NCBI GenBank assembly: GCA_021735045.1
Contig: JAIPHU010000004.1
Coordinates: 1-32,000 of the forward strand
DNA from: Candidatus Omnitrophota bacterium
GTDB taxonomy: Bacteria; Omnitrophota; Gorgyraeia; Duberdicusellales; 4484-171
Length of the DNA: 32,000 bases
Direction: 5' to 3'
Every line of letters starts with the position of its first letter. Position 1 is the stretch's first letter. The notes below the pieces were generated by a model, which saw nothing but the letters and a program-made list of their open reading frames with translations, was not told the origin of the DNA and ran no database searches. Below are positions 5,733-14,688 of this stretch, piece by piece. A program made the translations under genes and the position numbers.

Positions 5733-6206
5733 ATGAAGGTTATTGTTCTTTATTACTCACCAGGAGGAACTACCAAGAGAATAGCAGAATTAATTGCCGG
5801 GTTTCTTAAGAAGGAAAAAGTAGAGGTAGATATTGCCGATACCGGTAGCTTTGAGGCGAAAAAATTAGTTAATTATGATGGGATAATCGTTGGCTCCCCA
5901 ACCTATTACGGCACATTAGCAGCTTCGGTGAAAGAACTTTTTGATCAAAGCGTGGCTTTCCACGGAAAATTAGATGGAAAGGTTGGCGCAGCATTTTCTA
6001 CTTCTCGTAATTTAGCTGGCGGAAACGAAACTACTATCTTAAGTATTTTGGAAGCAATGCTTATCCACGGCATGGTCATTCAAGGTGATTTCAAGGGAGA
6101 TCATTATGGCCCGGTAGCTGTAGAAAAGGTTGATTATCGGGTTGAGCAAAATTGCCAAAGAGTTACGCAGCGATTTGTAAGGCTACTAAAATTAGTTTTA
6201 AGTTAA
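5733..6206 (+). CDS. Flavodoxin-fold protein (WrbA / NAD(P)H-quinone oxidoreductase-like)
   Basis: 157 aa. MKVIVLYYSPGGTTK FMN-binding-type N-terminus, then GSPTYYG and GGNETT motifs. Strong RBS. Confidence 0.8.
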   Translation: MKVIVLYYSPGGTTKRIAELIAGFLKKEKVEVDIADTGSFEAKKLVNYDGIIVGSPTYYGTLAASVKELFDQSVAFHGKLDGKVGAAFSTSRNLAGGNETTILSILEAMLIHGMVIQGDFKGDHYGPVAVEKVDYRVEQNCQRVTQRFVRLLKLVLS

Positions 6207-6230
6207 GAGTTTATATCATAGCTGTTAATT

Positions 6231-6944
6231 ATGTTAACCGATCTATTGATAAAATTAGAAGAACTATTTAGCGTATCTCCTTTGATTGGCTTAGGAGCTA
6301 GCTTTCTAGCCGGTATTTTAGTGAGTTTTTCTCCCTGTAGTTATCCTTTAATTGCTGTTACCCTCGGGGTTATTGGCGTTACTTCCCTAGAGTCACGAGT
6401 TAAAAGTTTTTTCCTGAGTCTTTTATTTGTCTCCGGAATCATTTTCGTCTATGTAATTCTGGGTATATTTGCTTCTTTTACCGGTATTTTACTGGAAAGA
6501 TTATATCTAAATCCTTTTACTTATCTGCTGCTTACACTATTTTTTCTTGTTTTTGGCTTAGCCCAATTAGATATAGTTAAATTAAAAATACCTTATTTTC
6601 ATTCAGTATCACCTTTAAATAAAGAAAAAAACAAGCTATCAATATTTTTATTTGGGGTGATTTCTGGATTAGCTATAATTCCCTGCAATTTTCCGGTTTT
6701 AGGGGCTATTTTTGGTTTAATTTCTCTTAAACAGGATCTGATTTATGGATTTTTTTCTTTATTTTTGTTTTCACTTGGTTATGGTATAATTTTTCTTGTC
6801 TTGGGAGTTTTTACAACCGCTATCAGCAATTTACCTAAATACAACCGTTGGTTTAAGATAATTAGAAAAATTTTAGGTGTTTTTTTGATCTTAATTGGCT
6901 TATTTTTCTTAACTAAAACAATATTTTTATTTAAAGGATTATGA
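6231..6944 (+). CDS. ccdA: CcdA/DsbD-family thiol-disulfide transporter (cytochrome c biogenesis-type membrane protein)
   Basis: 237 aa with about six TM helices. FSPCSYP in TM1 and a second IIPCNFP motif, which is the paired-Cys pattern of CcdA. Confidence 0.8.
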   Translation: MLTDLLIKLEELFSVSPLIGLGASFLAGILVSFSPCSYPLIAVTLGVIGVTSLESRVKSFFLSLLFVSGIIFVYVILGIFASFTGILLERLYLNPFTYLLLTLFFLVFGLAQLDIVKLKIPYFHSVSPLNKEKNKLSIFLFGVISGLAIIPCNFPVLGAIFGLISLKQDLIYGFFSLFLFSLGYGIIFLVLGVFTTAISNLPKYNRWFKIIRKILGVFLILIGLFFLTKTIFLFKGL

Positions 6945-7384
6945 TAAAAAGAAGTTTTTGGCTTTTAATTGTATTATTTTTTTTAACAACAGCCAGTGCA
7001 GAAACGGGTAGACTTGTTGATCTTGGGGGAAAGCTAGTTAGTTATCAAAAGATTACCTCTTCTCCTAAGACGATTCTTTTTGTTTGGACAAGTTGGTGTC
7101 CGTATTGTCAGATACAACTTGCTAAAATATCTAAAAGATGCTCTTATCCTGATATTAAGCTTCTCTTAGTAAACAGCGGAGAAAAGAAAAGTAGCGTCGA
7201 GCGTTTCGTAGAAAACAAAAAAGTCCCCAAGTGTGTAACCAAAAATATAATTTTAGATAAAAACTCGACTATCGCCAAAAAATTTTCTCTGTCTGGATTT
7301 CCAACTTTTATCTTTTTAAAAGATGGTAAATATTTAGCAAGATCTTATTACCTAAATAACGATTTAATTGATAAAATTTATTAA
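6941..7384 (+). CDS. Secreted thioredoxin-fold thiol-disulfide oxidoreductase (TlpA/ResA-like)
   Basis: Signal/anchor N-terminus and a WCPYC active site. ATGA overlap with the ccdA stop suggests translational coupling. Confidence 0.82.
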   Translation: MIKRSFWLLIVLFFLTTASAETGRLVDLGGKLVSYQKITSSPKTILFVWTSWCPYCQIQLAKISKRCSYPDIKLLLVNSGEKKSSVERFVENKKVPKCVTKNIILDKNSTIAKKFSLSGFPTFIFLKDGKYLARSYYLNNDLIDKIY

Positions 7385-7437
7385 CTAGAAAGTTATTTTA
7401 AAAAATTTTATTTTGGCTTACCAGATTTAAGTTTAGA

Positions 7438-7466
7438 TTGACACTATATTTTTTTTGTGATATTTT
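7438..7466 (+). promoter_or_regulatory. Candidate promoter with extended -10 (TTGACA-N17-TATTTT, preceded by TGa)
   Basis: -35 TTGACA at 7438-7443, TG at 7458-7459, -10 TATTTT at 7461-7466. It lies upstream of proC. Confidence 0.5.
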
Positions 7467-7502
7467 ACCCACCGTATTATAAAATAAAAAGATAGAGATA
7501 AA

Positions 7503-8321
7503 ATGATAAAAAAAGAAAAAACTATAGGTATAGTTGGGTTTGGCAATATGGGATCGGCCTGTGCTCAAGCTATCGCTTTATCTGATAGTTATAAAGTTTT
7601 AGTTTACGATAAAAGAAAAAGTATTAAATATTGTTATCCTAAAGTAACTAAGGCCAAAAATCTCCCAACACTTATTAAAGAGTCTCAATTGCTTATCTTA
7701 GCAATCAAACCCAGAGACCTAGATTTATTTTTAGAAAAAAATGCTGCTATTATCTTAGCGACTAAACCTTTATTGATTAGCATTTTAGCTGGAGTTAAGA
7801 TTAAAACCATTGAAAAAAAATTACCAAAAATAAAAGTAGTAAGGGCTATGCCTAACTTGGCCGTTAAAGTTAAAGAAGCAGTAACTTTTATTACAGCTGG
7901 AAAATTGGCAAAGCAGAAAGACCTAAAAGAAATAAAAAATATATTTTCCCTGATGGGCTATGTTCTTGAAGGTAAAGAACATACTGTCGATAAGATTACT
8001 GCGCTTTCGGGAAGCGGGCCGGGTTTTGTTTATTATTTTATGAAATCCTTTTATAAAACAGCTCTAAAGATGGGTTTTAAGAAAAAGGAGGCAAAAAAGA
8101 TAATAGTTCAGACCTTCCAAGGTGCTTCTAAGTTAGCTTTTGAATCTGATAAAGACTTTTCTGAGCTTCTTGATTTAGTTGCTTCACCAGGAGGAACGAC
8201 TGAAGCCGGAGTTTCTTCTTTTGATAAACTTAAGCTTTCTCAGAAAATATCTAAAGGTCTTTATGCGGCCTACAAAAAAGCAAAAAAGATATCTTTAGGT
8301 TCAACAAGGAGGAAGGGTTGA
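7503..8321 (+). CDS. proC: Pyrroline-5-carboxylate reductase
   Basis: GIVGFGNMGSA Rossmann N-terminus, RAMPN, and the C-terminal SPGGTTEAG motif. Confidence 0.9.
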   Translation: MIKKEKTIGIVGFGNMGSACAQAIALSDSYKVLVYDKRKSIKYCYPKVTKAKNLPTLIKESQLLILAIKPRDLDLFLEKNAAIILATKPLLISILAGVKIKTIEKKLPKIKVVRAMPNLAVKVKEAVTFITAGKLAKQKDLKEIKNIFSLMGYVLEGKEHTVDKITALSGSGPGFVYYFMKSFYKTALKMGFKKKEAKKIIVQTFQGASKLAFESDKDFSELLDLVASPGGTTEAGVSSFDKLKLSQKISKGLYAAYKKAKKISLGSTRRKG

Positions 8322-9175
8322 AAAGATTAGGAGTCATTGGTGGAACTGGAGTTTATGACTTAGAAGGGGTTGAAGAAAAAAAAGAGATAAAGCTAGATAC
8401 TCCTTTTGGTCGGCCATCATCACAGTATATTCTGGGTAAAATCTCCGGCAAGGAAGTTGTTTTTCTGCCTCGTCATGATCTTGGTCATAAAACTAGCCCT
8501 TCGTCTATAAACTATCAAGCTAACATATACGGAATGAAAAAACTGGATGTTAGCAAAATACTTTCTGTATCGGCTTGTGGCTCTCTAAATGAAAGAATAA
8601 AACCACTGGATCTTGTAATTCCAGATCAGTTTATCGACCGGACCACAAAACGCAAAAATACTTTTTTTGAAAATGGAATAGTTGCACACGTTGCCTTGGC
8701 TCATCCTATCTGTAATAGCTTGGCTAAAATTTTAGAAAAGGCTGTAAAAGCTACGGGCTTAAAAAGTCATTTTGGTGGTACCTATCTAAATATAGAGGGG
8801 CCCCAATTCTCTACTAAAGCCGAATCAAATCTTTATAGAAGTTGGGGGGCTGATATTATTGGTATGACTAATTTTAGCGAAGCTAGACTGGCTCGTGAAG
8901 CTGAAATTTGTTATGTTAGTTTATCGGCGGTTACTGATTTTGATTGTTGGCATCCAGATTTTGGCGAAGTTAGTATCGAAGTTATTATAAAATATCTGCA
9001 AAAAAATTGCACGAACTCTAAAAAAGTAATTAAACAGTTTGTCGCTTTAGAAGATCCCGAAGCAGACTGTGACTGTCACCATGCTCTAAAAAATACTATA
9101 GTTACAAAACCAGAGGTTATTTCAAAGCAAACAAAAGAAAAACTTAATATCTTAATCAAAAAATATATAAAATGA
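8318..9175 (+). CDS. mtnP: S-methyl-5'-thioadenosine phosphorylase
   Basis: TTG start at 8318 with AAGGAGG upstream, overlapping the proC stop by 4 nt. Motifs GVIGGTG, FLPRH, NYQANI, EGPQFSTKAES, GMTNFSEARLAREAE and VTDFDCWH are typical of MTAP. Confidence 0.88.
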   Translation: MKRLGVIGGTGVYDLEGVEEKKEIKLDTPFGRPSSQYILGKISGKEVVFLPRHDLGHKTSPSSINYQANIYGMKKLDVSKILSVSACGSLNERIKPLDLVIPDQFIDRTTKRKNTFFENGIVAHVALAHPICNSLAKILEKAVKATGLKSHFGGTYLNIEGPQFSTKAESNLYRSWGADIIGMTNFSEARLAREAEICYVSLSAVTDFDCWHPDFGEVSIEVIIKYLQKNCTNSKKVIKQFVALEDPEADCDCHHALKNTIVTKPEVISKQTKEKLNILIKKYIK

Positions 9176-10077
9176 GCATAATTGTTGTTGGTTCTGTTGG
9201 CCTAGATTCAGTAAAAACTCCATTTGGCACTGCAAAAAATGTGTTAGGTGGTTCAGCTAGTTATTTTTCTCATGCAGCTAGCTTATTTTCCCAGGTCAAT
9301 CTAATTGCAACTGTTGGTAATAATTTTCCTAAAAAATATATAAAACTGTTTAATCAAAGAAATATAAGGCTAGATGGTCTTAAGCAGGTCGCCGGTAAAA
9401 CTTTTAGCTGGTCTGGCCAGTATAGCTGGAATATGGCAGATCCTAAAACTATTTCGACTGAGCTGGGTGTCTTTGCTAACTTTCGCCCTAAGCTGCCAGC
9501 TCAATATAAGAAAAGTAAGCATATATTTTTAGCAAATATTGATCCTGAGCTGCAAAAAAATGTATTAGGACAAATCAAAGGCAGAGGATCGAAAATTATT
9601 GGTTGTGATACAATGGATTTTTGGATCCAAAACAAAAAAAAGAAATTATTGAACTTATTGAAAGATATCGATATATTTTTTATCAATGAATCTGAAGCCC
9701 GTCAATTAACCCAAGAGCCGAATCTGCTTAAAGCAGCTCGAGCCATATTAAAGTTTGGGCCAAAAAAAATATTTATAAAGCGCGGCGAGCATGGGGTTTT
9801 ATTGGTTTCAGGAAAACATTTATTTACTGCTCCAGCCTATTTGATGGAATCGGTAGTTGACCCTACTGGCGCTGGAGATACTTTTGCCGGCGGGGTTATG
9901 GGATATTTGGCAATGACAAAAAGTAAAAGCATAGATACTTTAAGAAAAGCAGCGATCTATGGTACAATTATGGCAACTTTTGCAGTAGAGGATTTTAGTC
10001 TAGAAGGTCTAAAAAAGGTTAGTTCAATTAAACTAAAAACGAGAATGAAAAAATTTAGAAAATTAGTTTCGTTTTAA
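9172..10077 (+). CDS. PfkB-family carbohydrate/nucleoside kinase
   Basis: N-terminal GSVGLD...GG and C-terminal DPTGAGDTFAGG ribokinase-family signatures. The substrate cannot be determined. Overlaps the mtnP stop by 4 nt. Confidence 0.85.
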   Translation: MSIIVVGSVGLDSVKTPFGTAKNVLGGSASYFSHAASLFSQVNLIATVGNNFPKKYIKLFNQRNIRLDGLKQVAGKTFSWSGQYSWNMADPKTISTELGVFANFRPKLPAQYKKSKHIFLANIDPELQKNVLGQIKGRGSKIIGCDTMDFWIQNKKKKLLNLLKDIDIFFINESEARQLTQEPNLLKAARAILKFGPKKIFIKRGEHGVLLVSGKHLFTAPAYLMESVVDPTGAGDTFAGGVMGYLAMTKSKSIDTLRKAAIYGTIMATFAVEDFSLEGLKKVSSIKLKTRMKKFRKLVSF

Positions 10078-10078
10078 T

Positions 10079-12862
10079 ATGAAATATAAAGATACTTTGA
10101 ATTTACCCAAAACTTCTTTTCCGATGCGGGCGCACTTGGCTAAACGTGAACCGGAAAGAATTGGTAGTTGGGAAAGATCTGATATTTATAATAATTTGCG
10201 CAAAGAAAGAGCCGGGCGTGATAAGTTTATTCTTCATGATGGGCCGCCTTATGCTAATGGGCCGATTCATATTGGCCATGCTTTAAATAAAATCTTAAAA
10301 GATATAATCGTAAAATTCAAGTTTCTAGATGGGTTTGATTGTCCATTTATAGTTGGATGGGATTGCCACGGTCTTCCTGTAGAACATCAGCTATTTAAGG
10401 AGCTTAAGCAAACCAAACATGATGTTGATATTATTGAGTTTCGCAAGAAAGCTTATGCTTATGCAGAAAAGTTTGTTCGCCTACAAACTCAAGACTTTAA
10501 GCGTCTGGGGATTTTTGCTGACTGGAAAAATCCTTATCTTACCTTCAACTCTAATTATGAATATTCAGTAATGAAACTTCTGGAAAGGTTAACTCAAGAT
10601 GGTTATATATATCGGGGAAGAAAACCAGTTAACTGGTGTTCGAGCTGTGAGACTGCTTTAGCAGAAGCAGAGGTTGAATATAAAGATAAAAAATCCGAGT
10701 CTATATATTTTCTTTTTAAGGCACAAGATTTTGGAGAAAAAATATCTGAAAATTTAAGCAAAGAGACTTATTTTTGTGTTTGGACTACAACTCCCTGGAC
10801 TGTTGTTTCCAATGTAGCAGTTGCCGTCTCTCCTTCTCTTACTTACAATTTAGTTTCTTATAAGGATAAATATATAATTATTGCTCAGAAGCTGCAAGCA
10901 ACTTTAGAAGAAAAACTAAGTTGTAAGCTCGAAGTTGTTAAGACTATTGCCGGCAAGGACCTCCAAGGAGTTAGATTAGTCCATCCTTTTATTGATCGAT
11001 CTTCTCCGGTTGTATTAGCAGATTTTATTTCATCAGAAGAAGGAACCGGCTGTGTGCATATTGCTCCGGGCCACGGACAAGAAGATTTTTCTTTGCAGAA
11101 AAAATATAATTTACAAATTATAATGCCGGTTAGAGAAGACGGAAAATTTATTGAACCAGAAGAGTTTAAAGAAAAAACCATTTATCAAGCCAATGATTTA
11201 GTTATAAGCAAATTAAAAGAAAAAGAAAGATTGGTTTGGCATGAAACCATAAATCATTCATATCCACATTGCTGGCGTTGTAAGAAGCCTATAATTTTTC
11301 GAGCTACATACCAGTGGTTTTTTGATGTTGATTATGATCAACTTCGGAAAAAACTTTTTGAAAAAATCGATACTGTAGAATGGATTCCCAGCAATGGCCA
11401 GGAAAGAATGAAATCAATGATTCGCCTCAGACCTGATTGGTGTCTTTCTCGACAGCGCCTTTGGGGTGCACCGATACCAGCCTTAAAATGTAACTCCTGT
11501 GGAAAAGTTTTTCTAGATTCAAAAATTATCGCAAAAACTGCTGATATATTTAGGGAAGAAGGTAGCAATTCTTGGTTTTTAAAACCTGTGGATGATTTTT
11601 TACCAGAGGGTTTCAGTTGTCCTAGTTGCCAAGCAGAAAGTTTTGCTAAAGAGTTTGATATCTTAGATGTTTGGTTTGAGTCAGGAGCAAGTTTTAATGC
11701 GGTTTTAGAGGATAGAGAAACATTGAGATGCCCGGCTGACTTGTATCTGGAGGGAAGCGACCAACATCGGGGTTGGTTCCAAGTATCATTAATTCCTGCT
11801 GTAGCAGCTAAATCTTTAGCGCCGTTTAAATCAATCCTAACTCACGGATTTGTTGTTGACGGAGAAGGAAAAAAGATGTCGAAATCTTTAGGTAACGTTA
11901 TCGCTCCTCAAAATATTTCGAAAAAGTATGGAGCTGAGATTTTACGCCTTTGGACAGCGTTTTCAGACTACCGAGAAGACGTAAAAATATCAGATGATAT
12001 TATAAAACAGTTAGCTGATCTTTATCGAAAGATTCGCAATACGATTCGTTATATCTTAGGCAATATCTGTGATTTTGATCCAAAAAAACATAAATTTGAC
12101 TTTTCTGAATTAACCGAAATAGACAGATATATGCTGTCGAAAACAATGCTGTTTTTTCAAGAAACTCACAAACTATATAATTCTTATAGTTTTTATAAGG
12201 TCTGTCAAACCATTTTTCGTTTTTGTAATCAAACCTTAAGTTCTTTTTATCTTGACATTTTAAAAGACCGCTTGTATACTCAGGCACCTGATTCATACCC
12301 ACGGCGTTCTTCGCAATTTGTTCTTTCAAAAATTTTGTTTATTCTGCTAAAACTTATTTCACCGATACTTTCATTTACTGCAGAAGAAGCGTACAGTTGT
12401 TGGGACATAAAAGATAAAGATTCATCTATCTTTGTTTCGGAACTCAAAGGCTTATATAAAAAAAATCAAGTTGACCATCAGCTTTTAAACAAATGGGAAA
12501 AACTAATATCTTTGCGGCAGAAGGTTTTAAAAGAGATAGAGAAAAAGCGAGAAGACAACTATATAGGCAGCTCTTTACAGGCTCATATTATTTTATCTTT
12601 TGAGCAAAAAGATTTAAACTTTTACCAAAAAAATAAAGATAACTTGGCAGAAATATTTATTGTTTCAGAAGTTACTATCCGAGAAGGAAAATTTAATATT
12701 GAAGTCAAAAAAGCTCAAGGAGAAAAGTGTATCCGTTGCTGGAACTGGAAAAAAGACATCGGAGAAGACAAGAATTTTCCCCAAATATGCAAAAAATGTA
12801 TTAAGGCAATTAAGGAGGCAGGTTATGAAAAAGAAAAGCAGTCAAAGGAAGAAGACAACTAA
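10079..12862 (+). CDS. ileS: Isoleucyl-tRNA synthetase
   Basis: 927 aa. PYANGPIHIGHALNK (HIGH), KMSKSLGN, an internal editing-domain region, and a C-terminal Cys cluster CIRCWNW...CKKC. Confidence 0.97.
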   Translation: MKYKDTLNLPKTSFPMRAHLAKREPERIGSWERSDIYNNLRKERAGRDKFILHDGPPYANGPIHIGHALNKILKDIIVKFKFLDGFDCPFIVGWDCHGLPVEHQLFKELKQTKHDVDIIEFRKKAYAYAEKFVRLQTQDFKRLGIFADWKNPYLTFNSNYEYSVMKLLERLTQDGYIYRGRKPVNWCSSCETALAEAEVEYKDKKSESIYFLFKAQDFGEKISENLSKETYFCVWTTTPWTVVSNVAVAVSPSLTYNLVSYKDKYIIIAQKLQATLEEKLSCKLEVVKTIAGKDLQGVRLVHPFIDRSSPVVLADFISSEEGTGCVHIAPGHGQEDFSLQKKYNLQIIMPVREDGKFIEPEEFKEKTIYQANDLVISKLKEKERLVWHETINHSYPHCWRCKKPIIFRATYQWFFDVDYDQLRKKLFEKIDTVEWIPSNGQERMKSMIRLRPDWCLSRQRLWGAPIPALKCNSCGKVFLDSKIIAKTADIFREEGSNSWFLKPVDDFLPEGFSCPSCQAESFAKEFDILDVWFESGASFNAVLEDRETLRCPADLYLEGSDQHRGWFQVSLIPAVAAKSLAPFKSILTHGFVVDGEGKKMSKSLGNVIAPQNISKKYGAEILRLWTAFSDYREDVKISDDIIKQLADLYRKIRNTIRYILGNICDFDPKKHKFDFSELTEIDRYMLSKTMLFFQETHKLYNSYSFYKVCQTIFRFCNQTLSSFYLDILKDRLYTQAPDSYPRRSSQFVLSKILFILLKLISPILSFTAEEAYSCWDIKDKDSSIFVSELKGLYKKNQVDHQLLNKWEKLISLRQKVLKEIEKKREDNYIGSSLQAHIILSFEQKDLNFYQKNKDNLAEIFIVSEVTIREGKFNIEVKKAQGEKCIRCWNWKKDIGEDKNFPQICKKCIKAIKEAGYEKEKQSKEEDN

Positions 12863-13319
12863 AAAAAAGGCTAGCAAAGCGAAAAAAACAACAGCAAAAA
12901 AGAAAACCATAAAGAAAAAATTTAAAAAAAAGAAAAAAAGATTTTTAAAAAAAGAGTTGAATGCTTATCGAGAAAAACTATTAAATCTTAAGGATGATCT
13001 TATGAAGCAAATCCAAGAGATTTCTGATGAATCTTTACGCAAATCACAACAGGAAGCCTCCGGTGATATCTCTGCCTACAGCTTGCATTTAGCAGATCGG
13101 GCTTCTGACAGTTATGAAAGGGACTTTAATTTAGGCTTAGTTTCTTCTGAAAGAAGAATAGTGATGGAGATAGACGAAGCCTTAAAAAGGATCGATGAAA
13201 AACAGTACGGTTTTTGCCAGATGTGTAAAAAACCGATTGCAAAAAGAAGGTTAGACGCTATACCTTATGCTCGATACGGAACAAAATGTCAGAAAAAAAT
13301 CGAAGAAGAAGAAAGATAG
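12825..13319 (+). CDS. DksA/TraR-family zinc-finger protein with a lysine-rich N-terminal extension
   Basis: ATG at 12825 with AAGGAGG at 12812-12818. The longer ORF-track start at 12660 lies inside ileS. ADRASDSYERDFNL...YGFCQMCKKPI...RRLDAIPYARYGTKC aligns with the DksA coiled-coil tip and zinc finger. The first ~44 aa are mostly Lys. Confidence 0.8.
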   Translation: MKKKSSQRKKTTKKKASKAKKTTAKKKTIKKKFKKKKKRFLKKELNAYREKLLNLKDDLMKQIQEISDESLRKSQQEASGDISAYSLHLADRASDSYERDFNLGLVSSERRIVMEIDEALKRIDEKQYGFCQMCKKPIAKRRLDAIPYARYGTKCQKKIEEEER

Positions 13320-13761
13320 GCTAAAACTTCTCCTTACTCCATCTATTGCTTTTTTTATTATTGGCCTGGATTTTTGGATAAAAACTTATCTTCGCCTTAA
13401 CTTTTCCTTCCAATCCTTCCCCTTAATCGATAAGTTAGTCTATATTACAGTTGTTTTTAATACCGGTACTGCTTTTGGCTTTTTGCAGGATAAGGCTAAC
13501 TTGTTGGTTTATCTTACCTTAATTTTAATATTAATATTTTTATTTGTTATTAAAAAAGAACAGCAAAAAAGAGTAATTTTTTTAATCGCCACCGGGCTTG
13601 TCCTTGGAGGTGCTTTTTCTAATTTAATTGATCGTTTGATGCTTGGTGCTGTAGTTGATTATATTGATCTAAAGTTTTGGCCTGTTTTCAATTTATCTGA
13701 TTCATGCATAACAATTGGGGCAATTCTTTTAATTATAGATTCATTTCGAAAAAGATCTTGA
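13267..13761 (+). CDS. lspA: Lipoprotein signal peptidase (signal peptidase II)
   Basis: FNTGTAFG, GGAFSNLIDR, VVDYID and FNLSD motifs, with four TM segments. ATG 13267 is the only in-frame ATG before TM1. It overlaps the dksA-like gene by 53 nt, so the start is uncertain. Confidence 0.85.
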   Translation: MLDTEQNVRKKSKKKKDRLKLLLTPSIAFFIIGLDFWIKTYLRLNFSFQSFPLIDKLVYITVVFNTGTAFGFLQDKANLLVYLTLILILIFLFVIKKEQQKRVIFLIATGLVLGGAFSNLIDRLMLGAVVDYIDLKFWPVFNLSDSCITIGAILLIIDSFRKRS

Positions 13762-14645
13762 TGAAAAAAGTTTTTATAGCTGGCCGAGATGAAGATAAAA
13801 AACGCCTTGATAAATTTTTATCTTCTCAACTTTCCGATATCTCTCGTTCAAAAATTGCCTCTTTAATCAAAAAAGGTTTTGTTAAAGTAAATCAACAATT
13901 TTTAAAAGGGAGTTACTTACTTTCAACTAACGATAAAGTTGAAATTAAAATACCTGAAGTCGATCAAAGGCTAAAACCTTATAACAAGCCGGTTACAGTA
14001 CTTTGGGAAGATGAATCTCTTTTGGCGGTCTATAAACCGCAAGGATTAGTTGTTCATCCTCATGGACAAAATAAAGATAAAACTTTAATTAATGCACTAT
14101 TGTATAAAGAAAAACAACTTTCTGATATTGATCCCGAGAGGCCGGGGGTTGTCCACCGTCTAGATAAAGAAACCAGTGGAGTAATAATTTTAGCTAAAAA
14201 CAACAAAGTTCATAAACTTTTGGTTGAACAATTTAAAAATCGTCAAGTCCAGAAAGAATACTATGCTTTAGTTTGGGGCCAACCTAAAAATGATCAGTTT
14301 GAGGTCAATCTTTCTCTGCGCAGAAATAAAAAAAACCGGCTGAAAATGGAAGTTGGCTTATCTAATTCGAAAAGTGCACATACCAAAATAAAAGTTTTAC
14401 AAAGATTGGATAATAAGACCAGCCTTTTGTCGGTATCTCCAAAAACCGGCCGGATGCACCAAATTAGAGTACATTTAAGTTTCCTGGGTTACCCTATAGC
14501 CGGGGATAAAAAATATGGTAAAAAAGATAACTATAAAAATCTATTTTTGCATGCCTACCGGATAAAGATCAAACACCCTATAGCCGGTAACTTCCTAGAG
14601 TTTAAGGCCGAACTTCCCGAGTATTTCAAAAAATTAATACAATAG
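13761..14645 (+). CDS. rluD: RluA-family 23S rRNA pseudouridine synthase (RluD-like)
   Basis: ATG 13761 overlaps the lspA TGA by 1 nt. S4-like N-terminal domain (RLDKFLS), catalytic HRLDKETSGV, and TGRMHQIRVH. Confidence 0.9.
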   Translation: MKKVFIAGRDEDKKRLDKFLSSQLSDISRSKIASLIKKGFVKVNQQFLKGSYLLSTNDKVEIKIPEVDQRLKPYNKPVTVLWEDESLLAVYKPQGLVVHPHGQNKDKTLINALLYKEKQLSDIDPERPGVVHRLDKETSGVIILAKNNKVHKLLVEQFKNRQVQKEYYALVWGQPKNDQFEVNLSLRRNKKNRLKMEVGLSNSKSAHTKIKVLQRLDNKTSLLSVSPKTGRMHQIRVHLSFLGYPIAGDKKYGKKDNYKNLFLHAYRIKIKHPIAGNFLEFKAELPEYFKKLIQ

Positions 14646-14688
14646 TAGTTGAGTGGACTTTGAGTTTATATATGCTAAAATATTCGTT

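Noticed and set aside
10885-12329. Three minus-strand ORFs (98, 76 and 109 aa) inside ileS
   Set aside because: They are fully embedded antisense to a well-supported essential gene and have low-complexity composition and no start context. The same reasoning applies to antisense ORFs inside the PfkB gene (9501-9686), valS (21496-23213), nadC (23182-23619), uvrB (24189-25828), coaX (26277-26534), groES/groEL (26945-28856), the PAS/HD-GYP gene (29134-29800) and porG (30475-30980). It also applies to 18017-18232, which is antisense to the pilin tail.
12660-12824. Upstream 55-codon extension of the DksA-like ORF given in the track
   Set aside because: The extension lies wholly inside ileS in another frame. 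The internal ATG at 12825 has a perfect AAGGAGG at the correct spacing. The extension is probably an open frame arising by chance in A-rich sequence.
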